Notes: generated by a model not told the origin, from the sequence alone. 39,778 nucleotides of DNA from an uncultured Halieaceae bacterium (GCA_913063005.1 CAJXZI010000001.1:1-39778); one strand, 5' to 3'; shown: positions 1 to 12,840, counted from the stretch's first letter. A program made the numbers and translations.

Positions 1-1015
1 CGTCGCAAGTAAGGAAGATGACGCATTTCGGTTCACCACCCATATTGGTCGCAGAGCGCTTTTCAACGTGGTAGAGCGGGTAACAACAGCGACCGTTTTC
101 GGTCAGGGACGTATCGCAGTAATCCGCGTGTCGAGCTTCGTTTAAAACCACGTTCTCGACAATCGCGCCGAAGCGAATGGCGTCCCAGATAATCGGTTCG
201 TTCTTTTGACTGAGATCGATGGTTTTTGCATAGCATCCGCCCTCGATATTGAAAACGGAGCCCGACGCCCAGCCGTGCTCGTCATCACCAATAAGATAGC
301 GCGCGGGATCTGCAGAAAGGGTTGTCTTACCTGTGCCCGATAGTCCAAAGAAAAGCGTGGTATCACCGTCATCACCAATATTGGCTGAGCAGTGCATGGG
401 TAGTACGTCTTTCTCAGGCAAGAGGAAGTTCTGTACTGAGAACATGGCCTTCTTCATCTCCCCCGCGTAACGCATACCTGCAATCAACACTTTTCGTTGG
501 CCAAAATTGATAATCACAACGCCGTCTGAATTGGTGCCGTCGCGTTCGGGGTCGCAAACGAAGTCCGCTACGTTCAAAATCTTCCACTCGGCTTTATCCG
601 ACGGATTATAGTTTTCAGGGCGGATAAACATGTTGCGGCCAAACAGGCCCTGCCACGCTGTGCCGGTAATGACCTTTACCGGTAAATAGTGATCTGAGTG
701 CTCACCCACATGTAGGTGTTGGACCCATTGCTCGTTCTTAGCAACGTGGGCCTTAACCCGGTCCCATAGCGCATCGAATTTATCGGCGGGAAATTCGCGG
801 TTAACGCTTCCCCACTCTACCGCATCCTCGCTCGAGGGCTCCCGGACGATAAAACGATCAGCAGGAGATCGGCCGGTTCTGTGGCCTGTTTCAACGCGAA
901 GCGCGCCGGTGTCAGTCAAGCAGCCTTCCTTGCGATCCAGAGCCATCTCGATAAGTTGCGCTGCTGTGCTGTCTATGTGTTTGATCGGTGCTTGTGCACT
1001 CTGTTCAACGGTCAT
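1..1015 (-). CDS. pckA: Phosphoenolpyruvate carboxykinase (ATP), partial; 3' end runs off the left edge
   Basis: Manual translation from the ATG at 1015 gives [63 protein letters not shown], with the typical PEPCK TGRSPxD motif. It is missing from the ORF track because there is no stop in the window. It lies next to hslO. Confidence 0.93.
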   Translation of the reverse strand, partial: MTVEQSAQAPIKHIDSTAAQLIEMALDRKEGCLTDTGALRVETGHRTGRSPADRFIVREPSSEDAVEWGSVNREFPADKFDALWDRVKAHVAKNEQWVQHLHVGEHSDHYLPVKVITGTAWQGLFGRNMFIRPENYNPSDKAEWKILNVADFVCDPERDGTNSDGVVIINFGQRKVLIAGMRYAGEMKKAMFSVQNFLLPEKDVLPMHCSANIGDDGDTTLFFGLSGTGKTTLSADPARYLIGDDEHGWASGSVFNIEGGCYAKTIDLSQKNEPIIWDAIRFGAIVENVVLNEARHADYCDTSLTENGRCCYPLYHVEKRSATNMGGEPKCVIFLTCD

Positions 1016-1059
1016 GTGTGTCTACTTCCAGTGTGAGTGTGAAGGAAACGTGTGCCAGA

Positions 1060-1929
1060 TTAGTGGAGAGTATGCTCCTCTTCTGGTCTAACGTCGGTTA
1101 GCGAATAAGAGTAGTGTTTACTACACATTTCGCAGTTCATCGTCACTGTTTCTTGCTCTTCAAAAAGCTCAGTGATCTCGTGTTCGGGTAATAAACGGAT
1201 GGCATTAAGGCTTCGTTCGCTCGAGCAGTTGCACTCGAAGCGAATGCCTTTGGGGTCGAAACGCTTAACCGTCCATTCGTTAAAGAGTCGGTAGAGTAGG
1301 TTATCGGTGTCGATCGCTAGTAACTCGTCGTCGGTAACGGTTTCTGCAAGCGCGCACAACGTCTGCCACTGATCGAATCTCACGGTCTCGTCGGGCACCA
1401 ACTGCTTGGGAAGCTGCTGCAACATCAAAGCCGCGGCGGCACCCTCATCGGCGGATAACCAAAATTTCGTTGCTAATTGTTCGCTTTGTTCAAAATAGTC
1501 ACTGAGCACGTCGCACAGCTCATCGCGCTGAACCGCAATAATGCCTTGGTAGCGCTGACCTACATCGGGCTCAATCGTCAGCGTCAAAACGCCATTGGGC
1601 AGAAGGGAGCTGAGCGGACCTTTTGCTGCATCGAGATCGCCCCGAGCCAAGCCCCTGACCTGTCCTTCTGAAGAGCACTCGAGCATGACCAACGATAACG
1701 GGCCATCGCTGCGTCCCTGAAGCACAACGCGCCCTTGGAATTTCAAGTTGTTGCTGATGACAACGGTAGCTGCAGCAAATTCACCGAGAAGGCGCTTCAC
1801 ACCCTCACCGTAAGGGTGTGCAGCGTAAAGATCGTTCAGGACATGTTGAAGCGCTACCGTCTCGCCACGCACGTCCGCATCCTCGAACAAGAAACGAAAA
1901 CTGTTGTCGGTGGAGGTTATGGTAGACAT
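1060..1929 (-). CDS. hslO: Hsp33 redox-regulated chaperone
   Basis: FLFEDADVRGE N-terminus, YFEQSEQLAT motif and C-terminal zinc motif CNC...CEMC. Confidence 0.95.
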   Translation of the reverse strand: MSTITSTDNSFRFLFEDADVRGETVALQHVLNDLYAAHPYGEGVKRLLGEFAAATVVISNNLKFQGRVVLQGRSDGPLSLVMLECSSEGQVRGLARGDLDAAKGPLSSLLPNGVLTLTIEPDVGQRYQGIIAVQRDELCDVLSDYFEQSEQLATKFWLSADEGAAAALMLQQLPKQLVPDETVRFDQWQTLCALAETVTDDELLAIDTDNLLYRLFNEWTVKRFDPKGIRFECNCSSERSLNAIRLLPEHEITELFEEQETVTMNCEMCSKHYSYSLTDVRPEEEHTLH

Positions 1930-1944
1930 GACGCTAGTTTAACA
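1930..1944 (-). promoter_or_regulatory. Extended -10 element (TGtTAAACT) 6 nt upstream of the hslO ATG; probable leaderless promoter
   Basis: The minus strand reads TGT TAAACT agcgtc ATG, with no clear Shine-Dalgarno. Confidence 0.5.
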
Positions 1945-1991
1945 AGCTCGCTCGAATGGGAGCGTGGAAACTAGCGTAGAATATTCACAAT

Positions 1992-2013
1992 CGAGCTGCT
2001 GGATAGCAGCTCG
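1992..2013 (-). terminator. Hairpin downstream of rpsT (terminator or 3' stabilizer)
   Basis: cgagctgct-ggat-agcagctcg is a perfect 9-bp stem 11 nt after the rpsT stop; the U-tract is weak. Confidence 0.5.
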
Positions 2014-2024
2014 GAGCCGTCACG

Positions 2025-2288
2025 TTAAGCCAGTGCCTTAACTTTTGCATTCAAACGGCTCTTATGGCGTGCCGCTTTGTTCTTTTTGATGATGCCTTTA
2101 TTGGCCATACGATCAATGACAGGTACTGCCGCGTTGTAGGCTTCCTGCGCGGGACCGTGTTCGCCAGCGTTAACTGCTGCAATAACCTGCTTCATCTTTG
2201 TACGAACCAAAGAACGCAGACTTGCGTTGTGCGCGCGTTGCTTATCGTTTTGTTTTGCTCTTTTACGAGCCTGTGGTGAGTTCGCCAC
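2025..2288 (-). CDS. rpsT: 30S ribosomal protein S20
   Basis: [14 protein letters not shown]...[11 protein letters not shown]; GTG start preceded by a GGAGAG Shine-Dalgarno. Confidence 0.98.
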   Translation of the reverse strand: MANSPQARKRAKQNDKQRAHNASLRSLVRTKMKQVIAAVNAGEHGPAQEAYNAAVPVIDRMANKGIIKKNKAARHKSRLNAKVKALA

Positions 2289-2309
2289 GAAATCTCTCCG
2301 GAATTCAAA

Positions 2310-2346
2310 GGGCGCAAATAGTGGGTGAGGTCGATGCCTATGTCAA
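2310..2346 (-). promoter_or_regulatory. Sigma70 promoter of rpsT with GC-rich discriminator
   Basis: Minus strand TTGACA (2346-2341), 17 nt, CACTAT (2323-2318), then ttGCGCCC. Confidence 0.55.
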
Positions 2347-2379
2347 CCGCTCAGCGCCCATACGGTAATAATGTCTAAC

Positions 2380-2604
2380 TTAGAGCCCTAGAATGACCAA
2401 TAACCAGCCGAGGCCCGCAAGTAGCAGGGTTTCTTTTGCTTCCGCAAAGCGGAACAGTGCGTAGCCGTAGCCAACAGGTGGCAGTAGCACGGAGAACATG
2501 CCCCATGCGTAGTCTTCCTTCCATGCCGTTATGAGCAATAACCCCCAGCTCACTAACAGGCAAGACACTCCCAAAAACATCAAATATGCGCTAGACGCTT
2601 CCAT
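2380..2604 (-). CDS. Small hypothetical membrane protein (74 aa, about 3 TM segments)
   Basis: MEASSAYLMFLGVSCLLVSWGLLLITAWKEDYAWGMFSVLLPPVGYGYALF...; purine-rich GGAGAAGAAGAG upstream of the ATG at 2604. Confidence 0.7.
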   Translation of the reverse strand: MEASSAYLMFLGVSCLLVSWGLLLITAWKEDYAWGMFSVLLPPVGYGYALFRFAEAKETLLLAGLGWLLVILGL

Positions 2605-2753
2605 CTCTTCTTCTCCGCAGGTAGGGTTCACGACGGGGCGCGATGCTACCAGATTACGCTCGCCAGAACACATTCAAAAAGGCGTAATGCGGTAAATAGT
2701 GGGATTCAAAGCGATCAATCCGCTTGGTTTGATTTGATATCGGCAACAGTAAA

Positions 2754-3887
2754 ATGACAGACCCTTATAGCGAGATCAGACCTTACCGGGATCACGAGGT
2801 TAGCTCCGTGATCGACGATCTTTTGGCAGATAATGAATTTATCGACACGCTGATGGCGCTGCGTGGCAATAAAGTTGCTAAATGGCTACCCGTGGTATCG
2901 AGGCTTTTCGCACGCCGATTTTTGAAAAAACAGATTGCGGGTGTCGATACTGTCGAGGGATTCCAAGCCCTAGTAAAGCCACGGCTCGATCGAGTGGTTG
3001 AATCTACCTCGCAGTTTTCCAGTGACGGCATCGACGCGTTATCGACTTCGAGCTCTTATCTGTTTATCAGCAACCATAGAGACATTGTTATGGACTCTGC
3101 TTATGCCAACATCGTGCTGGTCGAGCAGGGGCATAGAACAGCACAAATCGCGATTGGCGATAACCTTCTGCAGAAGCCTTGGGTGTCTCACTTAATGCGC
3201 ATCAACAAAAGCTTCATTGTGAAGCGTGACCTGAGTGGCCCCAAGCAGCAATTAGCTGCCTCGAAACAGCTCGCTAATTTTATGCGCAGCGCCATTACTG
3301 AGAATCAGGGCTCACTCTGGATAGCGCAGCGCGAGGGGCGCGCGAAAGATGGCAATGACCGAACCGAAGCTGCGGTCTTGAAAATGCTGACGCTGTCGCG
3401 CGATAAACAGTCGGAGTCGGCAGATGATGTGCTTGGTCAGCTGAATATTGTTCCTCTCACAGTCTCCTATGAGTTGGACCCCTGCGATTGTCGCAAGGCG
3501 CGCGAGCTGGCGGTGGGAGACGATTACCAAAAGCGTCAGTTTGAAGATCTCGACAGTATTGCCGCGGGAATAACGGGCGAAAAAGGTCGTGTGCACCTAC
3601 ATTTTGGGCGGCCGCTTAGGTCTGATTCTTTGTCCGTCGCTGACGCGGTTCGACTTATCGATGCGCAAATGGTGGAAAACTATCGGCTGTTCCAGACAAA
3701 TATTTGGGCTTATGAGGCGCTGGGCGGTGGTGAAACCAATGCACTTCCCGAAATCGAAGGCGCCAGCTTGTCGCATTCAGAGTTTATGGCGCGGTTTGAT
3801 GATTTGACGCCGCTTGAGCGAAACTTGGCACTCTCTGCCTACGCTAAACCCGTATTCAATTGGCTGCACCACCTGGCAAAGAGTTGA
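2754..3887 (+). CDS. Glycerolipid acyltransferase (PlsC/GPAT-like domain)
   Basis: NHRDIVMD (HxxxxD) and AQREGR acyltransferase blocks. Confidence 0.85.
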   Translation: MTDPYSEIRPYRDHEVSSVIDDLLADNEFIDTLMALRGNKVAKWLPVVSRLFARRFLKKQIAGVDTVEGFQALVKPRLDRVVESTSQFSSDGIDALSTSSSYLFISNHRDIVMDSAYANIVLVEQGHRTAQIAIGDNLLQKPWVSHLMRINKSFIVKRDLSGPKQQLAASKQLANFMRSAITENQGSLWIAQREGRAKDGNDRTEAAVLKMLTLSRDKQSESADDVLGQLNIVPLTVSYELDPCDCRKARELAVGDDYQKRQFEDLDSIAAGITGEKGRVHLHFGRPLRSDSLSVADAVRLIDAQMVENYRLFQTNIWAYEALGGGETNALPEIEGASLSHSEFMARFDDLTPLERNLALSAYAKPVFNWLHHLAKS

Positions 3888-3893
3888 TGCGCT

Positions 3894-5975
3894 TTGCTGA
3901 GTGAAGATCTGCGACAATCGGTTCGCGATGCCTTTTCCAACCTAACTCAAGCCAAGGGCCTGAAGCCGCGGTGGGGCCAGCGACAAATGATCGCTGAAGT
4001 CGCAAATACCTTGGGTGATACGGAGCGATCGCCGTTTCTGGCGATCGAAGCGGGTACGGGCACCGGTAAGACCATCGCTTACACAATTGCCGCCCTACCG
4101 GTGGCGAAAGCGCAATCCAAGACACTGGTGATTGCTACGGCGACCGTTGCGCTGCAGGAGCAGTTGATCCTAAAGGATCTCCCTGAGATAAAGCGGCACA
4201 GTGGTATCAGCTTTAGTTACCAGTTGGCGAAGGGTAGGAGTCGTTACCTCTGCTTATATAAGTTAGATCAGCTAATCCAGGGTTCGCCCGACACCCCGAT
4301 GTTGTCGATGTATCCCGATGAGGCCGAGTTGCCTGAGGGCGAGGAGGCTCAGAGGACTTATGACGCCATGTTAATGGCGGTAAGTGACGATAGTTGGGAT
4401 GGCGATCTTGATAGCTGGCCTGATGCGCTTGAGCCTAGTGTTATTCGATCAGTGACGACGGATCATTCGCAATGTTTGGGCCGCCGCTGCCCACATATTA
4501 CGGGCTGTAGTTTCTTTCGTGCCAGAGAGGGGTTGGAAGAGGCAGATGTCATCGTGACCAATCATGACCTTGTGCTTTCAGACTTCCGCCTCGGTGGTGG
4601 ACTCATCCTGTCAGCTCCGGAAGAAAGCTTTTATATTTTTGATGAAGGCCATCAGCTTGCCGAGAAGTGCTTGCAGCATTTCGCCTGCTTCGCTCGCAGT
4701 GGAAGGACATTGAATAATCTGGCGGAAAGCCAACAGTGGTTCGAGAGCAAGCAGACATTTTTCTTGGAGAATGATGTGCGAGCTGAGTCGCTCGCGGCCA
4801 TTACGGCGAATCAGAGTGATCTACTGCAGATGACTCGGGACATCTTTGGTTTGTGCTGGTCGCTTTTGAATGACCGGACTGATACCCGCTCAGATTTGCG
4901 GTTCGAGTTTGGCGTTGTTCATAGCGAGCTTAGAGAGGGGGCAGCAGCGCTCCGCGATCTCTGGCGAATCAATCGCCAGCGATTAAATCCGCTCGCGGGG
5001 CTGGTTGAAGCACTGCTCGAGGAAGCCGACGCTGACAATAGAGAGACCTGGGAAGCCAGCCTTAACGATTTGCAGGTCATGGTTGCTCGCGCAGAAGGTC
5101 AAATTGCTCTCTGGGATAGTTATGCAGAATCTGCCGAGCCGACGGGAACACCGTGGGCACGCTGGATGCGTCACTACGGTGACGAGAGCGCTATAGAGTG
5201 CTTTGCGAGTCCTATTTACGCGAGAGATATTTTGTCGGAACACGTGTGGGATCGCGTAGCTGGTGTGGTTATGACATCAGCAACCCTGACAGCTCTGGGC
5301 TCTTTTGAGCACTTAATGCAGCAAACGGGACTACCGGAAGACACCACACTCGCACGCGTCGAGAGTCCGTTTGACGCGTCACGTGGAAGGTTTGTTGTGC
5401 CTGACATGCGGAGCAATCCAAGCAGCCCAAGCGAACATACTGATGAGTTGATTGAGCGCCTACCTTCGCTGCTTGAAGAGCGGCTAGGAACCCTCGTCCT
5501 GTTTAGCTCAAGGCGCCAGTTGCAAGAGGTTCAGGAAGCACTCGAATCCAGTTTTAGCGACGCACTGTTGATTCAAGGGGTTATGAGTAAAGCGGAGATT
5601 ATCGCCGAACATCGGCGGCGCATCGACGCGGGATTGTCTTCGATCATTTTTGGTCTGGCGAGTTTCGCAGAAGGCGTCGACTTACCCGGTCGTTACTGCG
5701 AGCACGTCATTATCGCGAAATTACCGTTTGCGGCGCCGGATAATCCGATTGATGCAGCTCATGCTGAGCTACTCGAGGCGGAGGGACGTAATCCGTTTAT
5801 GGAGCTGACGGTCCCTTCGGCGTCGCTCCGATTGCTTCAGGCCTGTGGCCGACTTCTTCGCACGGAGACAGATGAAGGGGTCATCACATTGCTGGACACG
5901 CGGATTGCCAGCAAGCGATACGGTCGCGCGATTTTAGAGACACTTCCTCGGTTTACTTTCGATATTCAGGGTTGA
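3894..5975 (+). CDS. dinG: ATP-dependent DNA helicase DinG
   Basis: Q-motif R.GQRQM, EAGTGTGKT Walker A, DEGH, four Fe-S cysteines (YLC; C-x4-C-x5-C), QACGRLLR motif VI. Confidence 0.93.
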   Translation: MLSEDLRQSVRDAFSNLTQAKGLKPRWGQRQMIAEVANTLGDTERSPFLAIEAGTGTGKTIAYTIAALPVAKAQSKTLVIATATVALQEQLILKDLPEIKRHSGISFSYQLAKGRSRYLCLYKLDQLIQGSPDTPMLSMYPDEAELPEGEEAQRTYDAMLMAVSDDSWDGDLDSWPDALEPSVIRSVTTDHSQCLGRRCPHITGCSFFRAREGLEEADVIVTNHDLVLSDFRLGGGLILSAPEESFYIFDEGHQLAEKCLQHFACFARSGRTLNNLAESQQWFESKQTFFLENDVRAESLAAITANQSDLLQMTRDIFGLCWSLLNDRTDTRSDLRFEFGVVHSELREGAAALRDLWRINRQRLNPLAGLVEALLEEADADNRETWEASLNDLQVMVARAEGQIALWDSYAESAEPTGTPWARWMRHYGDESAIECFASPIYARDILSEHVWDRVAGVVMTSATLTALGSFEHLMQQTGLPEDTTLARVESPFDASRGRFVVPDMRSNPSSPSEHTDELIERLPSLLEERLGTLVLFSSRRQLQEVQEALESSFSDALLIQGVMSKAEIIAEHRRRIDAGLSSIIFGLASFAEGVDLPGRYCEHVIIAKLPFAAPDNPIDAAHAELLEAEGRNPFMELTVPSASLRLLQACGRLLRTETDEGVITLLDTRIASKRYGRAILETLPRFTFDIQG

Positions 5976-6190
5976 TACACACCTTGAAGAGGTGCCACTG
6001 CGAGTTTGACTAGCCCAACTCAAGAGTTGAGTTGCATGCAGCGTTTCAGAAGGTTGCCGGGTGTGCAACTTACGAGGGCGCATCGAGTATCGTAGAGGGT
6101 GATCCTGATTTAATCTTTCGAGAATAAGCCCTCTGGGGCTAGAGCACAGTGACGAGTTGCTGGTGAAAGTTAGAAGCAAAAATTACAGGC

Positions 6191-6220
6191 AAAAAAAAGC
6201 CCCGCTTTACGGGGCTTTTT
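6191..6220. terminator. Bidirectional rho-independent terminator (nrdB / dinG)
   Basis: A8-gccccg-cttta-cggggc-T5 between convergent genes, 11 nt after the nrdB stop. Confidence 0.9.
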
Positions 6221-6231
6221 AACTCAGGCCA

Positions 6232-7470
6232 TCAGTCCCAGCTCAGTGCACCACCGGTCTGATACTCAATCACACGTGTCTCAAAGAAGTTCTTCTCTTT
6301 GCGTAGATCCATGATCTCAGACATCCATGGGAATGGGTTCTGTGCACCCGGGAATTGCTCTGGAAGACCCAGCTGTGTCAGGCGTCGGTTTGCAATGAAC
6401 TGAAGATATTCCTCCATCATGCTCGCGTTCATTCCTAGAACACCTCGGGGCATTGTGTCTCTAGCGTATTCAATCTCAAGCGCTGTGCCTTCGAGAATCA
6501 TTTGAATCGCTTCCTGCTGGAACTCTTCTGTCCACAGATGTGGATTTTCCAGCTTGATTTGGTTGATGACATCAATGCCGAAGTTCAGGTGCATAGACTC
6601 ATCACGCAGAATGTACTGGAACTGTTCCGCAACGCCCGTCATCTTGTTGCGACGACCCATCGAGAGGATTTGCGTAAAGCCACAGTAGAAGAAGATGCCT
6701 TCAGTCACGCCATAGAAACCAATCAGGTTTCGTAGCACCTGCTGATCGTCTTCTACCGTGCCTGTTGTGAAGTTGGGGTCTGATAGCGCTTGCGTCTTGT
6801 TGAGTGACCAAGATGCTTTCTTAGCGACAGACGGAACCTCACGATACATGTTAAAGACTTCACCTTCGTCCATACCGAGTGACTCAATGCAGTACTGGTA
6901 CGCATGCGTATGAATCGCCTCTTCAAACGCCTGACGGAGGAGATACTGGCGGCATTCTGGGTTGGTAATGAGTCGGTAAATACCCAATACCAAGTTGTTG
7001 GCTACCAGCGAATCCGCTGTTGAGAAGTAGCCCAGCGAACGCATAACGATGCGACGCTCATCGTCAGTCAGGCCGTCTTCACTTTTCCAGGTGGCGACGT
7101 CAGCCGTCATGTTGATTTCTTGCGGCATCCAATGGTTTGCACAACCGTCGAGGTACTTCTGCCAGGCCCAGTCGTACTTAAAGGGTACAAGCTGGTTGAG
7201 GTCGGCGCGGCAGTTAATCATTGCCTTCTCGTCAACAGAGATACGTGACGCGCCCATCTCAAGCTCTTCCAGACCGGGTGCTGTATCGATATTTGCGACA
7301 GCCTCTGCAGCAGCTTTTACTGAATCAGTTGCTGGTGCCGCTACTGCTGGTTGCTCGTTGAGCGTTTCGAGCGCCTTGTTAACCACTTCGGGCTGAACAG
7401 GTGCTTGTTGCTGTGATGCAGCAGTAGGCGCTTCGCCCTCTGCTACGTTGTAATCATCCCAATTAAGCAT
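6232..7470 (-). CDS. nrdB: Ribonucleoside-diphosphate reductase beta subunit, class Ia (NrdBz-like)
   Basis: Di-iron ligands (TADS, EEAIH, TEG, RDESMH), radical Tyr in EAIHTHAY, and a C-terminal [11 protein letters not shown] tail. Confidence 0.97.
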   Translation of the reverse strand: MLNWDDYNVAEGEAPTAASQQQAPVQPEVVNKALETLNEQPAVAAPATDSVKAAAEAVANIDTAPGLEELEMGASRISVDEKAMINCRADLNQLVPFKYDWAWQKYLDGCANHWMPQEINMTADVATWKSEDGLTDDERRIVMRSLGYFSTADSLVANNLVLGIYRLITNPECRQYLLRQAFEEAIHTHAYQYCIESLGMDEGEVFNMYREVPSVAKKASWSLNKTQALSDPNFTTGTVEDDQQVLRNLIGFYGVTEGIFFYCGFTQILSMGRRNKMTGVAEQFQYILRDESMHLNFGIDVINQIKLENPHLWTEEFQQEAIQMILEGTALEIEYARDTMPRGVLGMNASMMEEYLQFIANRRLTQLGLPEQFPGAQNPFPWMSEIMDLRKEKNFFETRVIEYQTGGALSWD

Positions 7471-7494
7471 CGTTAACTCCTTTAACTTATTTGG

Positions 7495-10383
<2,889 letters not shown>

Positions 10384-10454
10384 GCTGTTGTCACCTCACG
10401 TGTGTTTCTGTGGTTAAACAACCGCTCAATGCGTGGTGTCTGTTTTACTAATTT

Positions 10455-10502
10455 TCACCACATCTTGGGGTCGTTACTGATTGCACCCCCAAGATAGGGC
10501 GG
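10455..10502. promoter_or_regulatory. Tandem NrdR boxes
   Basis: tcaCcAcATcTtGggg (10455-10470) and cccCaAgATaggGcgg (10487-10502) match acaCwAtATaTwGtgt, are 32 bp apart, and lie upstream of nrdA. Confidence 0.85.
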
Positions 10503-10519
10503 AGAGGGGTGGATTGCAA
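10491..10519 (-). promoter_or_regulatory. Sigma70 promoter of nrdAB
   Basis: TTGCAA (10519-10514), 17 nt, TATCTT (10496-10491); the -10 lies inside the distal NrdR box. Confidence 0.75.
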
Positions 10520-10541
10520 GCCCCAAAAGCTGCGAATTTCC

Positions 10542-10550
10542 TGTGGATAA
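10542..10550 (-). promoter_or_regulatory. DnaA box
   Basis: TGTGGATAA is the reverse complement of a perfect TTATCCACA, 22 bp upstream of the nrdAB -35. Confidence 0.75.
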
Positions 10551-10735
10551 GATGTGCTGGTTTGTAAAGTTAGTAGTAACTCACACAACCACGCGCGTAA
10601 TGGCGAAAAAGGATAGGTTATGCTGATGGGACGATGGATGAATATTGATTAAGCAAATGAAGGCGGACGGTAATTTTTACCGTTAAGTAACGCTTCATTT
10701 TTTCTCGCAAAGTAGGTTTGGCCGGTGGCCCGGTT

Positions 10736-11641
10736 CTAGCGCAGGAGAAACTCGATTAATGCCTTTTGGGCGTGAAGTCTGTTTTCTGCTTCATCCCAAA
10801 TGACCGTATCTGGATTATCCATGAGGTCCGCGGTGATTTCCTCACCGCGATGGGCGGGCAAACAATGTAAATAAAGCGCTTCAGGATCGGCAAGGTCGAG
10901 TAAATCTTGATTGAGCTGATAGGCTGATAGCGCCTGTTCGCGCATGCGCGCCTCCTCTTCCTGACCCATTGAGGCCCAAACATCAGTTACCAATAAGTGA
11001 GCGCCTTCGCTCGCTCGCTTGGGATCGTTTTCTATGCTCGCAAAGCCCTGCGCCTGATCCAGTAATTCTGTGGATGGCTCGAATCCCTCGGGGCAGGCGA
11101 TTTTTAGGTGAAAGCCTAAAATCTTCGCGGCGTTAATGTAGGACTGGCACATGTTGTTACCGTCCCCAAGCCAGCAGACCGTCTTGCCCTGAACATCGCC
11201 ACGGTGCTCCATCCAGGTTTGCATATCGGCGAGAAGTTGGCAGGGATGGTAGTCATCCGTAAGCGCATTGATCACAGGTACGCTCGAATGCTCCGCAAAA
11301 AGCTCGACGTCCGTATGAGCGAAGGTGCGAATCATGACGATATCAACCATCGATGAGATCACCTTGGCTGTATCACTAATCGGCTCACCGCGTCCCATTT
11401 GCGTATCGGCTGATGAGAGAAACATGGCGCTGCCGCCCAGTTGAGTCATTCCCGCTTCAAAGGATACGCGGGTCCTGGTCGATGATTTCGCAAAAATCAT
11501 CGCCATCACTTTTCCTTTCAGCGAGTCGTGAGCCACGCCATTTCGCTGAAGCTTTTTTAACTCCGATGCGCGCTTCAATAGGGCCAGAAGCTCATCGCGA
11601 GTTAAGTCGTTCAATGTCAGGAAGTGACGAGTGTGGCTCAT
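10736..11641 (-). CDS. argF: Ornithine carbamoyltransferase
   Basis: [19 protein letters not shown] and [10 protein letters not shown] motifs. Confidence 0.97.
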   Translation of the reverse strand: MSHTRHFLTLNDLTRDELLALLKRASELKKLQRNGVAHDSLKGKVMAMIFAKSSTRTRVSFEAGMTQLGGSAMFLSSADTQMGRGEPISDTAKVISSMVDIVMIRTFAHTDVELFAEHSSVPVINALTDDYHPCQLLADMQTWMEHRGDVQGKTVCWLGDGNNMCQSYINAAKILGFHLKIACPEGFEPSTELLDQAQGFASIENDPKRASEGAHLLVTDVWASMGQEEEARMREQALSAYQLNQDLLDLADPEALYLHCLPAHRGEEITADLMDNPDTVIWDEAENRLHAQKALIEFLLR

Positions 11642-11664
11642 TGTGAGAACTCCAGCAGTTTATT

Positions 11665-12840
11665 TCAGCGGGTTTTACCCAGTTCATTCAAGATATCAGC
11701 CACGCGCTCGCCAACTGACCTCGCCTGCGGTTTAGTCATTACCAGAGGTGGTAGAAGTCGAATAGTGCTGCCACCAGCGACGTTTAAGAGCAGGCGTCTA
11801 TCGAGCGCCATGCGAACGATATCGGTGGTTGGGACGTTGGGCTCGATGCCAATCATTAGCCCGTGGCCTCGCTCGTCTTTTACCAGCTCCGAGTCGTTTA
11901 ATTGGCCGTGCAGTCCCTCGAGGATCCATCCTCGAATAGGATCAGCCTGCTTCCACAGTTGCTCGGTGCTCAGTGTGTTGATGACCGCACTGGCCGCCGC
12001 GCAACAGATCGGGTTGCCACCGTAAGTTGTTCCGTGATCGCCCGCGATAAGCAACGCGCTTGCGCGATCGTTGGTCATGCAGGCACCTATGGGCATACCG
12101 TTGCCCAGGCCTTTGGCTGTTGCCAATACATCTGGCATGACGCCCAAACGCTGAAAAACGTATAACGCACCGCAACGACCGTTGCCCGATTGCACTTCAT
12201 CGAAGCTGAGTAGCCAGTTGTGTTGATCGCAAAGCTCTCGGGCGCGCTGAAGAAAAGCAAGCTCGAGTGGCCAAATGCCGCTTTCACCTTGAACAGGCTC
12301 TAAATGCACAGCGACCACATCCTTGTGATGCTTGGCGATGGTTTCCAGGCCTTCAATATCGTTTCTGCCAATGCGGATAAAGCCCGGTAGTAGCGGTTTG
12401 AAGGCCTGTTGAATTGCCGCACTGCCTGTTGCAGACAGCGCACCCATGGTTCTGCCGTGGAATGCGCCCTCTATGACCACAATCTTCGGGTCTTCGATGC
12501 CCTGATTAGCACCATGGCGTCTTGCAACTTTAATCGCAGTCTCGTTGGCTTCAGCGCCTGAGTTGCAAAAGAAAACTTTTTCCATACCGGTGAGTTGGGT
12601 TAGCTCGGTGGCGAGTCGCTCCTGCTGAGGGATCCCATAGAGATTTGATGTATGAAGCAGCGTTTCAGCTTGCTCGGTTATGGCTCTTGTTATGTTTGGA
12701 TGACAGTGTCCTAGATTGGTTACTGCAATCCCCGACAACGCGTCAAGAAAGGGCTGACCTTTCTGATCGAACAGTTCTGCACCCGCGCCCGATGCGAAAG
12801 CAACGGGGAGACGACCGTAGGTGGGCATAATGGCAGACAT
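11665..12840 (-). CDS. argD: Acetylornithine aminotransferase
   Basis: Class III PLP enzyme (NSGAEANE, FHGRT, FDEVQSG, AKGLG.G, HGTTYGGNP), directly upstream of argF. Confidence 0.93.
   Translation of the reverse strand: MSAIMPTYGRLPVAFASGAGAELFDQKGQPFLDALSGIAVTNLGHCHPNITRAITEQAETLLHTSNLYGIPQQERLATELTQLTGMEKVFFCNSGAEANETAIKVARRHGANQGIEDPKIVVIEGAFHGRTMGALSATGSAAIQQAFKPLLPGFIRIGRNDIEGLETIAKHHKDVVAVHLEPVQGESGIWPLELAFLQRARELCDQHNWLLSFDEVQSGNGRCGALYVFQRLGVMPDVLATAKGLGNGMPIGACMTNDRASALLIAGDHGTTYGGNPICCAAASAVINTLSTEQLWKQADPIRGWILEGLHGQLNDSELVKDERGHGLMIGIEPNVPTTDIVRMALDRRLLLNVAGGSTIRLLPPLVMTKPQARSVGERVADILNELGKTR

Noticed and set aside
1045-1059. TGGCAC upstream of pckA as a sigma54 promoter
   Set aside because: There is no TTGC at the required -12 spacing.
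10667-10683. acggtaa-ttt-ttaccgt inverted repeat downstream of argF
   Set aside because: It could be a weak terminator or operator, but the stem is AT-rich with no good U-tract, so it cannot be assigned.
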